Source: Smutsia gigantea (Eukaryota). From it: DNA of 64,000 bases. Positions 37,991 to 51,300 of this stretch are shown here, piece by piece. Both the position numbers and the translations under genes were made by a program. The stretch is from contig JAVSCE010016072.1 in assembly GCA_032199065.1 (NCBI GenBank), forward strand, positions 116,871 to 180,870, read 5' to 3'. Numbering within the stretch: position 1 is the first letter of the stretch; each line of letters opens with the position of its first letter. The notes below the pieces were generated by a model. The model had not been told where the DNA came from, did no database searches, and saw nothing but the letters and a program-made list of their open reading frames with translations.

Positions 37991-40139
37991 GCTGACTCTG
38001 ATAGACTTTTGATAGATCAGATACCTGGGCACCTTTAGGACAATCTTTAAGGCAGTGGTTTTCACTACCCATGCACAATGAAGCACCACTACACCTAAGA
38101 GGTAGCCACAGCAGAAGTGGGCCAAGTGATGGCACCCCTGGCTTTTGTCTAGTCCACATACTGGGCTTTTGCAGAAGATTTTGTTTAAAGAAAGATTTTC
38201 TTTCTTTAAAAAATGAAGTTTTAAAATTGCTGAATTGAGCTAATCACACATTTATCAAATATTCCCTGATAAGTGCCAGGAATATCCTCTAGCCAAATGG
38301 TTTTTTGGTACTATAATAAAGACATGTTTCATAGAAAACTAAAGTTGTCCAAAGAAGGGGCAACTTTCTCTGGGGATGTCAGGGAAGATTTTGGGAAGGA
38401 AGGTGTGTACATACGTGTGTGAATGCATGTGTGTGTGGGGAGCAGTACTGGGATCAGGGCCCAGGTTATGCAGAAATATGAAGATATGAAAATTACAGTG
38501 GTTCAGTACAAAAAATGCAAAGTACAGTTGGGCAAAAGATGAAGCCTCATGGAAAGGCAGGCACCATGAATGTTGTGCTAAACTATTTAAACTTTATCTT
38601 AGGGGTTACAGGAAGCCACTGAACCAAAATCTTGCCCAGGAGATTGATAAGATTTATGAGAAAATCATTTTTCTGATATAAGTGGGGAAAATGGACTGAA
38701 GGTGCAGCAGGATGAGATAAGAAAATAGTTAAGAAACTAATTCTAGATCAGAAATGATGAATGTCTATACAAAGGCAATAACATGAGGAAGAGAGCAAAG
38801 GGAAGAATTTGAGAGATTTGAGGGGGAAGGTAGACTCAGAAGAACTTGATAACTGAAATGCATGGGGTGGTAAAGGAAGGGAGTCTAGAAGTATTATCAT
38901 ATTGCCCTGTAGCATGGGCAACTAGGAAGAGAGGATATCTCTGAGATGGGGACTATACAAAGTAACATTAACTAGCTTTTGGACCTGATGAATTTTGTTG
39001 TATCTGTGGGACATCCTGGTTGAGATACAACAGCAGGCAGAGGGATATTTGAAAATAAAGTTTTGATGTAGTTTGAGGTAGGGCTTAGATCCAGAACTCA
39101 GCAGCACATAGACAATGAAGTTTAAGTGATGGGCATAGACATCACCCAGGAAAACTATGGCCATACAGAGCATTGGGTAATACTAACTTTTGATGGTTGC
39201 TCCAAAGGAGAGGAATCAGTTGAAGAAATAGAAAACGGAATCATCTGGGAAGTAAAGGGGATCAGGAGGGATACACTCAAAGGAAAGAGAGAAATTGAAG
39301 TCAATATAAGGATGGCTTCAGTTTCCTTGACTTTGGCAATCAGAAGGTCATTAATTACCTTGACAAAGTTTCAGTTGATTTGGGGAAAGCTGGAGCCCGG
39401 ATGCAACTGGTTGAGGAATGAATGGAAAGTGAGGAAATACAGGCAGCAAGAGTTGATATTTCAAGATGTTTGGTTCTAGATAGCCAGAAAATAAGCTAGT
39501 AAGTCATAGTTATGGGAGAATGAATGTAAGGAAGGAGGGTTTTGTTTTTCTTTTTCTAGACAAGAGAAACATGAACATGTTTATATGATGAAAAGAAGGA
39601 GTAGAGGAAGAGGGTGGGATTCAGGAAAGAAGAGATAATTGATGGAACAAGGTCTCAGAAGAGTATGGGGAGGATGTTTTTTCGAAGTAGGAAACTTTAA
39701 GAAAGAAAGGAAGAAAATAAAGATGAGTGAAGGTATAGGTTAGTTTGTATGGGAAGTAGGGAGGGAATTAATACCTAACCTTTACTTGTTTAGTTACATG
39801 AGTAAAGTAACTTGCTCTATCAATCAGAGTCTACCACAGAAAGAACCAGTAAGAGATATACCTACATATATACAGAAAGAGATTTATTGAAAAGAATTGG
39901 CTATGCAACAGTGGAAGCTGCTGAGACAAATCTGAAATCTGTAGGGCAGGCTGGCAGCCTGGAAACCCTAGGCAGGAGGGGGTGCTGCAGTTCATAGGTG
40001 AAATTTCTTCCCAGGGAAACCTGTTTTGGTCTTTTTTACCTTCTGCAAATTAATTTATTAAGTTATTGAGATTTATACTTTTAGTAACTTCATTTTCTTT
40101 TCTAAAATATTTCTTCCAGTTTTAGTGACATATAGGCAA

Positions 40140-40460
40140 CAAAGTTGTAAGATATTTAAAATGTACAATGTAGTGATTTGATATATGTATACATTGCAAA
40201 AGAATTTCCACAATCAAGTTTAACACATCCACCATCTCATAGTTAATTAAAAAAAATTTTTTTTTCGTGAAAATGCTTAAGATCTTCTCTCTTAGCAAAT
40301 TTCATTTATACAATTCAGTACTATCAACAATAGTCATCATGCTATGCATTAGATCCTCAGAACTTACCTTATAGACAAAAGTCTGTATCAAAATCTTTCC
40401 ATTTCCCACACCTCCTAGCTCCTGGCAATCACCATTCTACTGTTTCTATGAGTTCAACTT
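40140..40460 (-). mobile_element. Old L1 3'UTR fragment (antisense)
   Basis: ...cctcctagctcctggcaatcaccattctactgtttctatgagttcaactttta is the reverse complement of the L1 3' motif gtagaatggtg.ttgc..ggctgg.... Confidence 0.55.
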
Positions 40461-43400
40461 TTAATGGGAACCTAGCTATCAAAGGTCCTGATGAGTTGAT
40501 GGAGTACTACACAGGGACTCAGGAAACCTAAATTCTAGCTCCACTCAGCTATATGACTTCAGCCCAATGTCTTACCCTCTCTGGGTTTCAGTTACCCACT
40601 TGTAAAATTAGCTTATCTGGATTAGATCCTTTCTAAGATCTATCCAGCTCTCAAGTCCTAGAAATCTAAATTCTAAGAATTTACTGTTACATAAAAATAA
40701 CTGGTTTCATTGTCCAGTGGTTGAATGTTACATAGGGATAACTGAGAGGTGTGTATGGCTAAGGAGGTCCCAGGCACATAGCCTGAGACGGCCTGGAATG
40801 GGGGCATGTCTGGAATGGCTGAGGCCGCCTCAAGCAGGAAGTGCTCTGGAAAATGCCTCAGGGCCCTCAGCTACAAAGGGAGTCTATAACTTCTCTGATG
40901 ACAGCCTGGAGTTGAAAGGCAATGTTTCAAAAAGAAAATTCTCCCCTGCCATCCACCCACAATCCTACAGGAAGTCAACAAATTAACTGGGTAATATAAC
41001 TATGCCTACTTCCTTGTTTGGATCACTGTGGACTCCACAGGCGCTGGTCCTGGGCCCTCAACTCCCGCTAAAAAGCAGAACAGTTCCATGTCAAAGGAAC
41101 ACAGGGCAGCCCCAAGAATAAAGCAACCTCAACCTGCACCAGCTGCCACAGTCATCCAGGAGACAGCTGAGGTCAGATCCCTAAACAATAATCACCAACA
41201 GAACCCAACTCTCCAAGTCATGGAAGACTCCCCTTAGACTGTAGCTCATGGATTTCAAGAAAGTTTTTGGCCCAATAAATTCAAGTCCAATCAATGAAAG
41301 TGTGCAAACCTTAATGTTATAATGAATTTGGACTTGGATATGCTAAAAAAGATAGCAATTATTAGTGATTATTAACATAGGGCGTGTGAGAGAACATTTA
41401 AGGATCACTTCAGGTAGGAAGACTGTATTAGGAGTCGTACATGTTTTTGGGGTGTTATTTCGTGGAGAGGGATGAAAAGTGGAAGAGGCAACTAACATTT
41501 ATTGAGAGTCCATTATGAGCTCGAGCAATCTTCAAAACACCTCATTCAATTGTGACAGCAATCCTACTGAAAAGTAGTAGTGTTATCCCCATTTTTCGGA
41601 GAAGTTACCAACACAGAAAACAGTTGATATGTTTGTAGGTGGTATGAGGTTCACACGAGAGGTCACTGTGTCCCCTGTCCCTCAAACCATTCCCTCAAAC
41701 TTACACCATTGCCTATTCTGAGCAAGGGTGTGAGTGTTTAATAACTGAGCAAATCCAAGCAAAAAGAGTCTTTTTTTCTATTCTCTGTTTTAGTTTGCCA
41801 TTAAAAAGGAATCTCATCCTGAAACCCTCTATTATCTTGGGAGAGCAAATGAAAATGAGGTTTGTTGGATTTAGTACAAAACTAGAACTCAGAAAAATTA
41901 TATCACTCCATTCAGTCATATTACATATATTTATTAGGTGCCTATGATGTGTCAGGCACTCTGCGAACTGCTGTTACCTGTCCAAAGTCACACAGTAGGT
42001 AGCAGAGTCAGGCTTAAACTCAGGTCTTTCCGATGTCAAAAGCTGGGCATTTTTCACAAGTCAATGAGTAACAAACAATTTAGGATCAAAGTCTTAGAAG
42101 GAATTGCAACAGTTGGAAAACCATATCACGCATCCTCACATGAGTTCTGACAAAAGCATACATCCTCTGTGACCCTAACTCCTACTGAGATATGACATTA
42201 CCATTACCCCCAGAATATTCCCTCTGGGCTCTTCCCAGTACCTTCCTGCCCCCAACTCCCAAAAGGCAACCACTCATCTGACTTTTTCACCACAGACTAA
42301 TTTAGTTTGTTCTGCATTCAATGGTATATTATGTACCATGTGGCATTTGGAGAACTCCACTGTACAGTCATGAAAGAACAAGAGTGAAAAGGCAAGTAAC
42401 ATTCTGGTAGTATTATGAAAATAGTTTTAACTTTGCACGGGCCAGGGGCCCCCAGCCCAAACTTTGAGAATTCTTGCTCTATGGATTTTTTTTTTGTAAA
42501 TGTTTGTATACTATTCTTTTTTTATGTCCTCAAGGCAACCTCTGCAGAGCAAGCCTCATCATTCCAGGAAGCACAGCAAACTTGCCCCAACACAGCAGCC
42601 ACCAAAGCTGACCCCAGTGCCTTCAGGAAAGGGCCTGTGGGCTGCTCAGCAGGACCCCTCTGGGTAGTGTCCCCTCACCCCCCACAGCTCTTATATACTT
42701 GTATGTGAAGGATGTCCACATGGGGAGCCTGGCCCAGCTTCCTGGCCACCTGTGGTGCTCTATTATCTCTCTAAGGCTTCCTTCTTCTCTATGTGGCCCC
42801 CCAGTTCTGGGTGTCTCTTTTCTAGCCCCCATTCTCTTCTTCATCACTGCCGCTATGCTTTTCACCCCAGATGACCTGCATTTAATCTTCCCAGGTTTGA
42901 AGGGCAGGCTCACCCACTAGTCTCTTTCTAATTTTATGACCTGAACTCGTCTGTTCTTTCCTCTGCTCTCCATCGCTGCTTAAGGGTTTCGTTTGTAAAT
43001 TAAAAGAAAAAAAATCACTGCTTCTTTCTCTTTGAATTCCAGGTGTTAAACAATCCAAATTTCCAGCAGACAGATGCAGATCTTGACACCCTGCCCTTAT
43101 AATTCTGTTCATTGTCTGTCACCATCACCCACTCCCACACCTCTCTCCCCACAAAAAATAAACTCCAGGAAAATGGAGACCACGTGTGTCTTCTCATTCA
43201 CCATGGCATCCCCACCACCTGAGGACAGTGGCTAGGACACTATAAGTGAACAATAACTTGGAGCTGAATTCTCTTATTCCCTTTGAGTATCAGGTATCTA
43301 ACAGCCCTAATTCCACCTAGCAGATGCAGATCTTTCAAACAAGCCTAGGAAGTGGATTCAAACATTATTCCCTTTCACATCTGAGGAAATGGAGACACTG

Positions 43401-43734
43401 CTCTGGCACCAAAGCCCTGTACCTAAAGCTACCTATTCAAATTTATAAGTTCTCATCCCCTGATCTATGCTCTTTCCACTATTTCTGGCAGGTAGCTCAC
43501 CAAACATCTTGGGACTGGCAACAACTGTGAATACCTGAACAGCCCTAAGGGCACAGAAGACCAAACTGCCAATTGTAGTAACGACACACTTCCATTGTTT
43601 TGTTTTGTTTTGGAAAACCGTCATTTTTCAAATTAAAATGTTATTTATATGTAATGGGTTTATTCTATTTTTTTGGCAGATTTTAAAATGGAGATATAAT
43701 TCATATAACATAAAATTTACCATTTTTGGACTTG

Positions 43735-46691
43735 CAAGATGGCAGCATGAGAGGTGAAATGGAGAGCTCCTCCCAAAACCACAAAGTGTACAAAAATATA
43801 GTTAATTAATACAATTAACCTTAAAACAGCAACAAGAAAGAAGGCTGCACCAGACTGCAAACAGACCTCACAAACAGAGCAGACCTCACAAAACAGGGTA
43901 ATGTAGGAAAGCCTTAATCTGGCGGGACCCAAGCCCTTCCCCCACCCCAGCTCACCAGCAGGAGGAAGAGAAACGGAGCACCGGAGGGGGTGAAAGCCTG
44001 GGACTGCTGAACACCTAGCCCTGGAGATCTGCTTTGAGAGCAGAATCCTATAGTGTGTGGTGCTCTGGATGCTGGGGGGCAGTGCTTGAGAAATTGACAT
44101 TCTGGCCATTTGTGGAGGAGGGGATCCACACCCAGCTGCTCTGTGTCAGAGGAAAGGCAGGGAGTCTGAGAGGCTTCCTAGCAGCCAGAGGGCTGCTGAA
44201 GGGGCGGGGTTTGAACGGAGCTCACTGTGCAGGAGAAGGGAGAGCTGGACAAGGCTGTCTGGGCCCACTCTTCCCAGCTGGTTGGGAACTTTGGGGAGCT
44301 TCTGGTGCTCCATCCCACTGGCTGCCTACTCAGCTCCGAGGCCCCACACTGTGACACACAGCCTGCGAAGCCTTCCTACTGGCCTGCAGGCACCTGCTCG
44401 CAAACCCGCAGTCACTGCACAGGCATCAGGCTAGCCAGAGGGCGGCGCCCCCTACAACAGCTAGAGATGCAAGGCACAGAAGCTTACACGTGTGTGCTTG
44501 GTCCACTGGCTCTGACACTGGAGACAGGCACCGCAGATGGGAATTGGGAAACAGATCTTCCCGCCCCCCAGGCACCAGCTCCGCTCCCTGATGACCCCAA
44601 CCTCACTCTAGGGACTGAGCAGCTCCAGAGACAGGAATTTCTGCACACTAGTGGGCACCACACAGAAATATGAAATGACAAAAGAACACGGTTCAGACAA
44701 AAATTTCACAAACCCCAGAAAGAGGGCCAAATGAAAACCAACTCGCCAATCTTCCTGAAAGAGAGTTCAAAATACAAATTATAAACATGCTTATGGAGGT
44801 ACAGAAAAATATTCAAGAACTCAGAAATGAATTTAAGTTGGAGATTCAATCATTAAGAAATTAGATATCTGAAATGAAACATACAATGGAGGGATTTAAA
44901 AGCAGATTAGATGTAGTAGAAGAGACAGTAAATGGAATAGAAATTAGAGAAGAGGAATACATAGAAGCTGAGGCAAAGAAAGAAAAAAGGATCTCTAAGA
45001 ATGAAAGAATATTGAGAGAACTGTGTGACCAATCCAAATGCAACAATATTCGCATTATAGGGGTACCAGAAGAACAGAGAGAAAATGGGATAGAAAGTGT
45101 CATTGAGGAGGTAATTGCTGAAAACTTCCCCAATCTGGGGAAGGAGATAGTCTCTCAAGCCATGGCGGTGCACACTATCAACAAAAGGGACCCAAGGAAG
45201 ACAACATCAAGACATAATAATTAAAATGGCAAAGATCAAGGATAAAGACAGACTTTTAAAAGCAGCTAGAGAGAGAAAAAAAACATCACATACAAAGGAA
45301 AACCCATTAGGCTATCATCAGACCTCTCAACAGAAACCTTACAGGCCAGAAGGGAGTGGCATGATATATTTAATGCAATGAAGCAGAAGGGCCTTGAACC
45401 ATGAATACTTTACCATGCAAGGTTATCATTTATATTTGAAGGAGGGATTAAACAATTTTCAGATAAGCAAAAGCTGAGAGAATTTACCTCCCACAAACCA
45501 CCTCTACAGTGCATTTTGGAGGGACTCCTACAGATGGAAGTATTCCTAAGGCTAAAAAGATGTCACCCAAGGGAAGATAAAGAGTTGTGTTTGTAATACT
45601 ATACGAAGTAAGTTAAATTAGACTGTTAGATAGTAAGAGATTCCCCTTAAACCTTTGGTAACCTGCAATGGCAATAAGTACGTACCTATCAATAATCACT
45701 GTAAATGTAAATGGTCTGAAAGCACCAATCAAAAGACATAGAGTTACTGAATGGATAAAAAAATAGACCCATCTATATGCTGCCTACAAGAGACTCACTT
45801 CAAACCCAAGACATACACAGACTGAAAGTGAAGGGATGGAAAAAGATATTTCATGCAGCTAACAGTGAGAAAAAAGCAGGCATTGCAGTACTTGTATCAG
45901 ACAAAATAGACTTCAAAACAAAGAAAGTCACAAGACACAAAAAAGGACGTTACATAATGATAAAAGGGTCAGTCCAACAAGAGGATATAACTATTATAAA
46001 TATCTATGCACCCAACACAGGATCATCTACATATGTGAAACAAATACTAACAGAATTAAAGGGGGAAATAGAATACAATGCATTTGTTTTAGGAGACTTC
46101 AACACACAACTCACTCCAAAGGACAGATCAACCAGACAGAAAATAAGTAAAGACAACAGAGGCACTGAGCAACATATTAGAATGGATGGACCTAACAGAC
46201 ATCTACAGAACACTCCATCCAAAAGCAACAGGATACACATTCTTCTCAAGTGCACATGGAACATTTTCAAGAATTGATCATACATTAGGCCACAAAAGGA
46301 ACCTCAGTAAATTCAAAAAAATTGAAATTGTACCAACCAGCTTCTCAGATCTAAAATGTATGAAACTAGAAATAAATTACAAAGAAAATGAAAAAGCCCA
46401 CAAACACATGGAGGCTTAATAACATGCTCCTAAATAAGCAATGGATAAATGACTAAATAAAAACAGAGATCAAGCAATATGTGGAGACAAATGACAACAA
46501 AAATTCAACACCACAAAATCTGTGCAATGCAGCGAAGGCCGTGCTAAGAGGGAAATATATTGCAATACAGGAATACCTCAGGAAAAAAGAACAATCCCAA
46601 ATGAACAGTCTAAACTCAAAATTATTGAAACTAGAAAAAGAATAAATGAGGCCCAAAGTCAGTAGAAGGAAAGACAAAATAAAGATTAAAG
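43735..46691 (+). mobile_element. Older L1, 5' portion: 5'UTR, a decayed ORF1 at 44874-45224, and the ORF2 endonuclease region. It is cut off by a younger L1 insertion
   Basis: cttgcaagatggcagcatgagaggtg... starts the 5'UTR. The ORF1 remnant reads MKHTMEGFKSRLDVVEETVNGIEIREEEYIEAEAKKEKRISKNERILRELCDQSKCNNIRIIGVPEEQRENGIESVIEEVIAENFPNLGKE. The ORF2 N-terminus reads MIKGSVQQEDITIINIYAPNTGSSTYVKQILTELKGEIEYNAFVLGDFNTQLTPKDRSTRQKISKD...DLTDIYRTLHPKATGYTFFSSAHGTFSRIDHTLGHK. Confidence 0.8.
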
Positions 46692-47497
46692 CAGAAGTTC
46701 CGGGAAGATGGTGGCGTGAGCAGGGCGGCGGAAATCTCCTCCCCAAACCATACGTATCTATGAAAATACAGCAAATACAACTATTCCTAAAAGAGAGACC
46801 AGAATATACAGGACAGCGCACAGCCTGCATCTGCACCTGAGAGGACTCGGCACCCCGCAAGGCGGGTAAGATACAGAGCTGCGACTGGCGGGACCTGAGC
46901 ACTCCCCCACCCCAGCGCACCGGTGGGAGGAGAGGATTCAGAGCCAGGAGGGAGTGGAAGTACAGGCCCACGAAATAACCAGCCCTGGTGATCTGCGCCG
47001 GGAGCACTGACACACTTCATGCAGTGCATTGGATATTGGAGATGCAGAAGTTGCAGGTTTTGAGATGGGAACGTGCCTGGGTCCTTGCAGCAGGCTCCCT
47101 GGGGCAAAAGAAAAGTGCACGCTTTTTTTGGCGGTCTTTTAGAGGCAAGGGTCCAGGATTGTCCCAGCACCTTTGGCTCTGAGTCCTGAGGAATTTCAGA
47201 CCCCTTGGCTGGTGACTGGGGAAAAAGTAGCCGCTGAAACTTCACACAGAGAGCAATGGCCTCCCATTCGTTCCCACCCTGGCCAGAGCTACAAACGGCT
47301 CAGCGGAGCTGTGCAGCTGCGGCTGCAGAATAGTGGAGCAACAGTGCCACCTACAGCATCCTAACAGAATCTACTCCCGGTGGGCGTTTTTTTTTCCTTT
47401 CTTTTCTTTTCTTTCTTTCGTTTTTTTCTCTTTTCTTTCTCTTCCGTCTTTTTTTTTAAGTCTCAAAGAGCCCAGCTGACATACGGGGTACCTACCA

Positions 47498-48064
47498 GTG
47501 ACCACGTCTATAGCCATGAAAAGACAGAGGAATATGGTACAGACCAAGCTCACCCAGACCCAGACAACACCAGAGAGGGAGACTGAAGGGATGGAAATGC
47601 ACAATCCTGAAAAACAATTCAGAACAAAAGTCATAACCATGCTGATGGATCTACAGAGAAATATACAAGAGCTGAGGGAGGAAGTGAGGGAAGTCTGGAA
47701 AGACAATGCAGAAATGACACAAGCCATCGACGGGCTTAGCAGCAGACTGCACAAGATGCAAGAGGCTGTTAATGGAATAGAAATCAGAGAACAGGAATAC
47801 AGAGAAGCTGAGGCAGAGAGAGATAAAAGGATCTCTAGGAATGAAAGAATATTAAGAGAACTGTGTGACCAATCCAAACGGAACAATATTTGCATTATAG
47901 GAGTACCAGAGGAAGAAGAGAGAGAAAAAGGAATAGAAAGTGTCTTTGAAGAAATAATTGCTGAAAACTTCCCCATGCCAGGGAAGAAAATAGTCTCGCA
48001 GTCCACGGAAGCCCACAGATCTCCCACACAAGGGACCCAAGGAAGACAACACCAAGATACATAA
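47498..48064 (+). CDS. L1 ORF1 protein (188 aa). It ends before the ORF1 C-terminal domain
   Basis: MTTSIAMKRQRNMVQTKLTQTQTTPERETEGMEMHNPEKQFRTKVITMLMDLQRNIQELREEVREVWKDNAEMTQAIDGLSSRLHKMQEAVNGIEIREQEYR...RNERILRELCDQSKRNNICIIGVPEEEEREKGIESVFEEIIAENFPMPGKK...HQDT*. Confidence 0.85.
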   Translation: MTTSIAMKRQRNMVQTKLTQTQTTPERETEGMEMHNPEKQFRTKVITMLMDLQRNIQELREEVREVWKDNAEMTQAIDGLSSRLHKMQEAVNGIEIREQEYREAEAERDKRISRNERILRELCDQSKRNNICIIGVPEEEEREKGIESVFEEIIAENFPMPGKKIVSQSTEAHRSPTQGTQGRQHQDT

Positions 48065-48081
48065 TAATTAAAATAGCAAAG

Positions 48082-48378
48082 ATGAAAGAAAAGGACAGAC
48101 TATTAAAGGCAGCTAGAGAGAGAAAAAAGATCACCTACAAAGGAAAACCCATCAGACTATCATCAGACTTCTCAACAGAAACCTTACAGGCCAGAAGAGA
48201 ATGGAATGATATATTTAATGTAATGAAACAGAAGGGTGTCGAACCAAGAATATTGTATTCAGCACGATTATCATTTAAATATGATGGAGGGATTAAAAAA
48301 TTTCCAGACAACCAAAAGCTGAGAGAACTTGCCTCCCATAAACCACCTCTACAGGACATCTTAAAGGAACTGCTCTAG
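48082..48378 (+). other. Open 98-codon stretch encoding the L1 ORF1 C-terminal-domain homolog, in the -1 frame relative to ORF1
   Basis: MKEKDRLLKAARERKKITYKGKPIRLSSDFSTETLQARREWNDIFNVMKQKGVEPRILYSARLSFKYDGGIKKFPDNQKLRELASHKPPLQDILKELL aligns to the human ORF1p C-terminal domain (MKEKMLRAAREKGRVTHKGKPIRLTADLSAETLQARREWGPIFNILKEKNFQPRISYPAKLSFISEGEIKYFTDKQMLRDFVTTRPALKELLKEAL). The start is 584 nt after the ORF1 ATG, and 584 mod 3 = 2. Confidence 0.7.
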
Positions 48379-51300
48379 AGGGAAGCACTCCTAAGGCTAA
48401 AAAGATGTCACCAGAGAAAATAAAATCATAGCAAAGAAAGCAGACCATCCAAATACTAACTAAAGGCAAAGAATAAAACACCTAGTATATAAAGAATGGA
48501 GGAAGAAGAATAAGAAGGGAGAGAAATAAAGAAACATCAGACTGTGTTTACAATAACTTAACAAGAAAGTTAAGTTAGATTGTTAGATAGTGAAGAAGCA
48601 ACCCTTGAACCTTTGGTAACCACGAATCTAAAGCCAGCAATGGCAATAAGTACACATCCATCGATAATGACCCTAAATGTAAATGGACTGAACACACCAA
48701 TTAAAAGACACAGAGTAACAGAATGCATAAAAAAGTAAGACCCATCTACATGCTGCCTAGAAGAAACTCACCTCAAACCCAAAGAGATACACAGACTAAA
48801 AGTGAAAGAATGGAAAAAGAAATTTCATGCAAACAACAAGGAGAAAAAGCAGGTGTTGCAGTACTTGTATCAGACAAAATAGACTTCAAAACGAAGAAAG
48901 TAGCAAGAGATAAAGAAGGACATAACATAATGATAAAAGGGTCAATCCAATAAGAGGATATAACCATTATAAATAAATATGCACACAATAAGGGAGCGCC
49001 GGCATATGTAAAACAAATACTAACAGAATTAAAGGAGGAAATAGACAGCAATGCATTCATTTTCAGTGACTTCAACACACCACTCACTCCAAAGGACAGA
49101 TCAACCAGACAGAAAATAAGTAAAAACACAGAGGCACTGAACAACACACTAGAACAGATGAACCTAACAGACATCTACAGAACTCTACACCCAAAAGCAA
49201 CAGGATACACATTCTTCTCAAGTGCACATGGAACATTTTCTAGAATAGACCACATACTAGGCCACAAAAAGAACCTCAGTAAATTCAAAAATATTGAAAT
49301 TCTACCAACCAACTCCTCAGATCACAAAGGTATAAAACTAGAATTAAATTTTAGAAAGAAACCAAAAAGGCTCACAAATACATGGAGACTTAACAACATT
49401 CTCCTAATTAATCAATGGGTTAACGACCAAATCAAAACAGAAATCAAAGAATATATGGAGACTAATGACAACAACAACACAAAGCCACAACTTCTGTGGG
49501 ATGCAGCAAAGGCAGTTCTAAGAGGAAAGTATATTGCAATCCAGGCCTATTTAAAGAAGGAAGAACAACCCAAATGAATAATCTAAAGACACAATTAATG
49601 AAATTGGAAAAAGAAGAACAAATGAGGCCCAAAGTCACCAGAAGGAGGGACATAATAAAGATCAGAGAAGAAATAAATAGAATTGAGAAGAATAAAACAA
49701 TAGAAAAAATCAATGAAACCAAGAGCTGGTTCTTTGAAAAAATAAACAAAATAGATAAACCCCTAGCATGACTTATTAAAAGAAAAAGAGAATCTACTCA
49801 CATAAACAGAATCAGAAATGAGAAACAAAAAATAATGACAGACCCCACAGAAATACAAAGAACTATAAGAGAATATTATGAGAATCTATATGCTAACAAG
49901 CTGGAAAACACAGAAGAAATGGACAACTTCTTAGAAAAATACGACCTTCCAAAACTGACCAAACAAGAAACAGAAAAACTAAACAGACCAATCACCAGCG
50001 ACGAAATTGAAGCGATAATCAAAAAACTACCCAAGAACAAAACCCCCAGACCAGATGGATTCACCTCTGAATTCTACCAAACATATAGAGAAGAAATAAC
50101 ACCATTCTTCTTAAAGTTTTCCAAAAAATAGAAGAGGAGGGACTACTTCCAAACTCATTCTATGAAGCCAGCATCACTCTAATACCAAAACCAGGCAAAG
50201 ACCTCACCAAAAAAAGAAAATTACAGACCAATATTCCTGATGAACTTAGAGGCAAAAGTACTCAACAAAATATTAGCAAACTGAATTCAAAAATCAATCA
50301 AGAGAATCATACACCATGACCAAGTGGGATTCATCCCAGGGATGCAAGGATGGTACAACATTTGAAAATCCATCAACATCATCCACCACATCAACAAAAA
50401 GAAGAACAAAAACCACATGATCATCTCCATAGATGCTGAAAAAGCATTTGACAAAATTCAGTATCCATTCATGATTAAAACTCTCAACAAAATGGGTATA
50501 GACGGCAAGTACCTCAACATCATAAAGGCTATATATGACAAACCCACAGCTAACATCATACTTAACGGCGAGACGCTGAAAGCTTTTCATCTAAGATCGG
50601 GAACAAGACAGGGATGCCCACTCTCTCCACTGTTATTCAACATAGTACTGGAGGTCCTAGCCACGGCAATCAGACAAAACAAAGAAATACAAGGCACCCA
50701 GATTGGTAAAGAAGTCAAATAGTCACTATTTGCAGATGACATGATACTGTACATAAAAAAACCCTAAAGACTCCACTCCAAAACTACTAGAACTAATATC
50801 TGAATTCAGCGAAGTTGCAGGATACAAAATTAACACACAGAAATCTGTTGCTTTCCTATACACTAACGATGAACTAACAGAAAGAGACATCAGAAAAACA
50901 ATTACACTCACAATTGCATGAAAAAGAATAAAATACCTAGGAATAAACCTAATGAAGGAAGTGAAAGACCTATACTCTGAAAAACTACAAGACACTCCTA
51001 AGAGAAATTAAAGAGGACACTAACAAATGGAAATTCATCCCATGCTCTTGGCTAGGAAGAATAAATATTGTCAAAATAGCTATACTACCTAAAGCAATCT
51101 ATAGATTCAACGCAATGCCTATCAAAATACCAACAGCTTTCTTCAATGAACTGGAACAAATAATTCTAAAATTCATATGGAACCACAAAAGACCCCGAAT
51201 AGCCAAAGCAATCCTGAGAAGGAGGAATAAAACGGGGAATTATGCTCCATGACATCAAGCTCAACTACAAAGCCACCGTAATCAAGATAATATGGTATTG

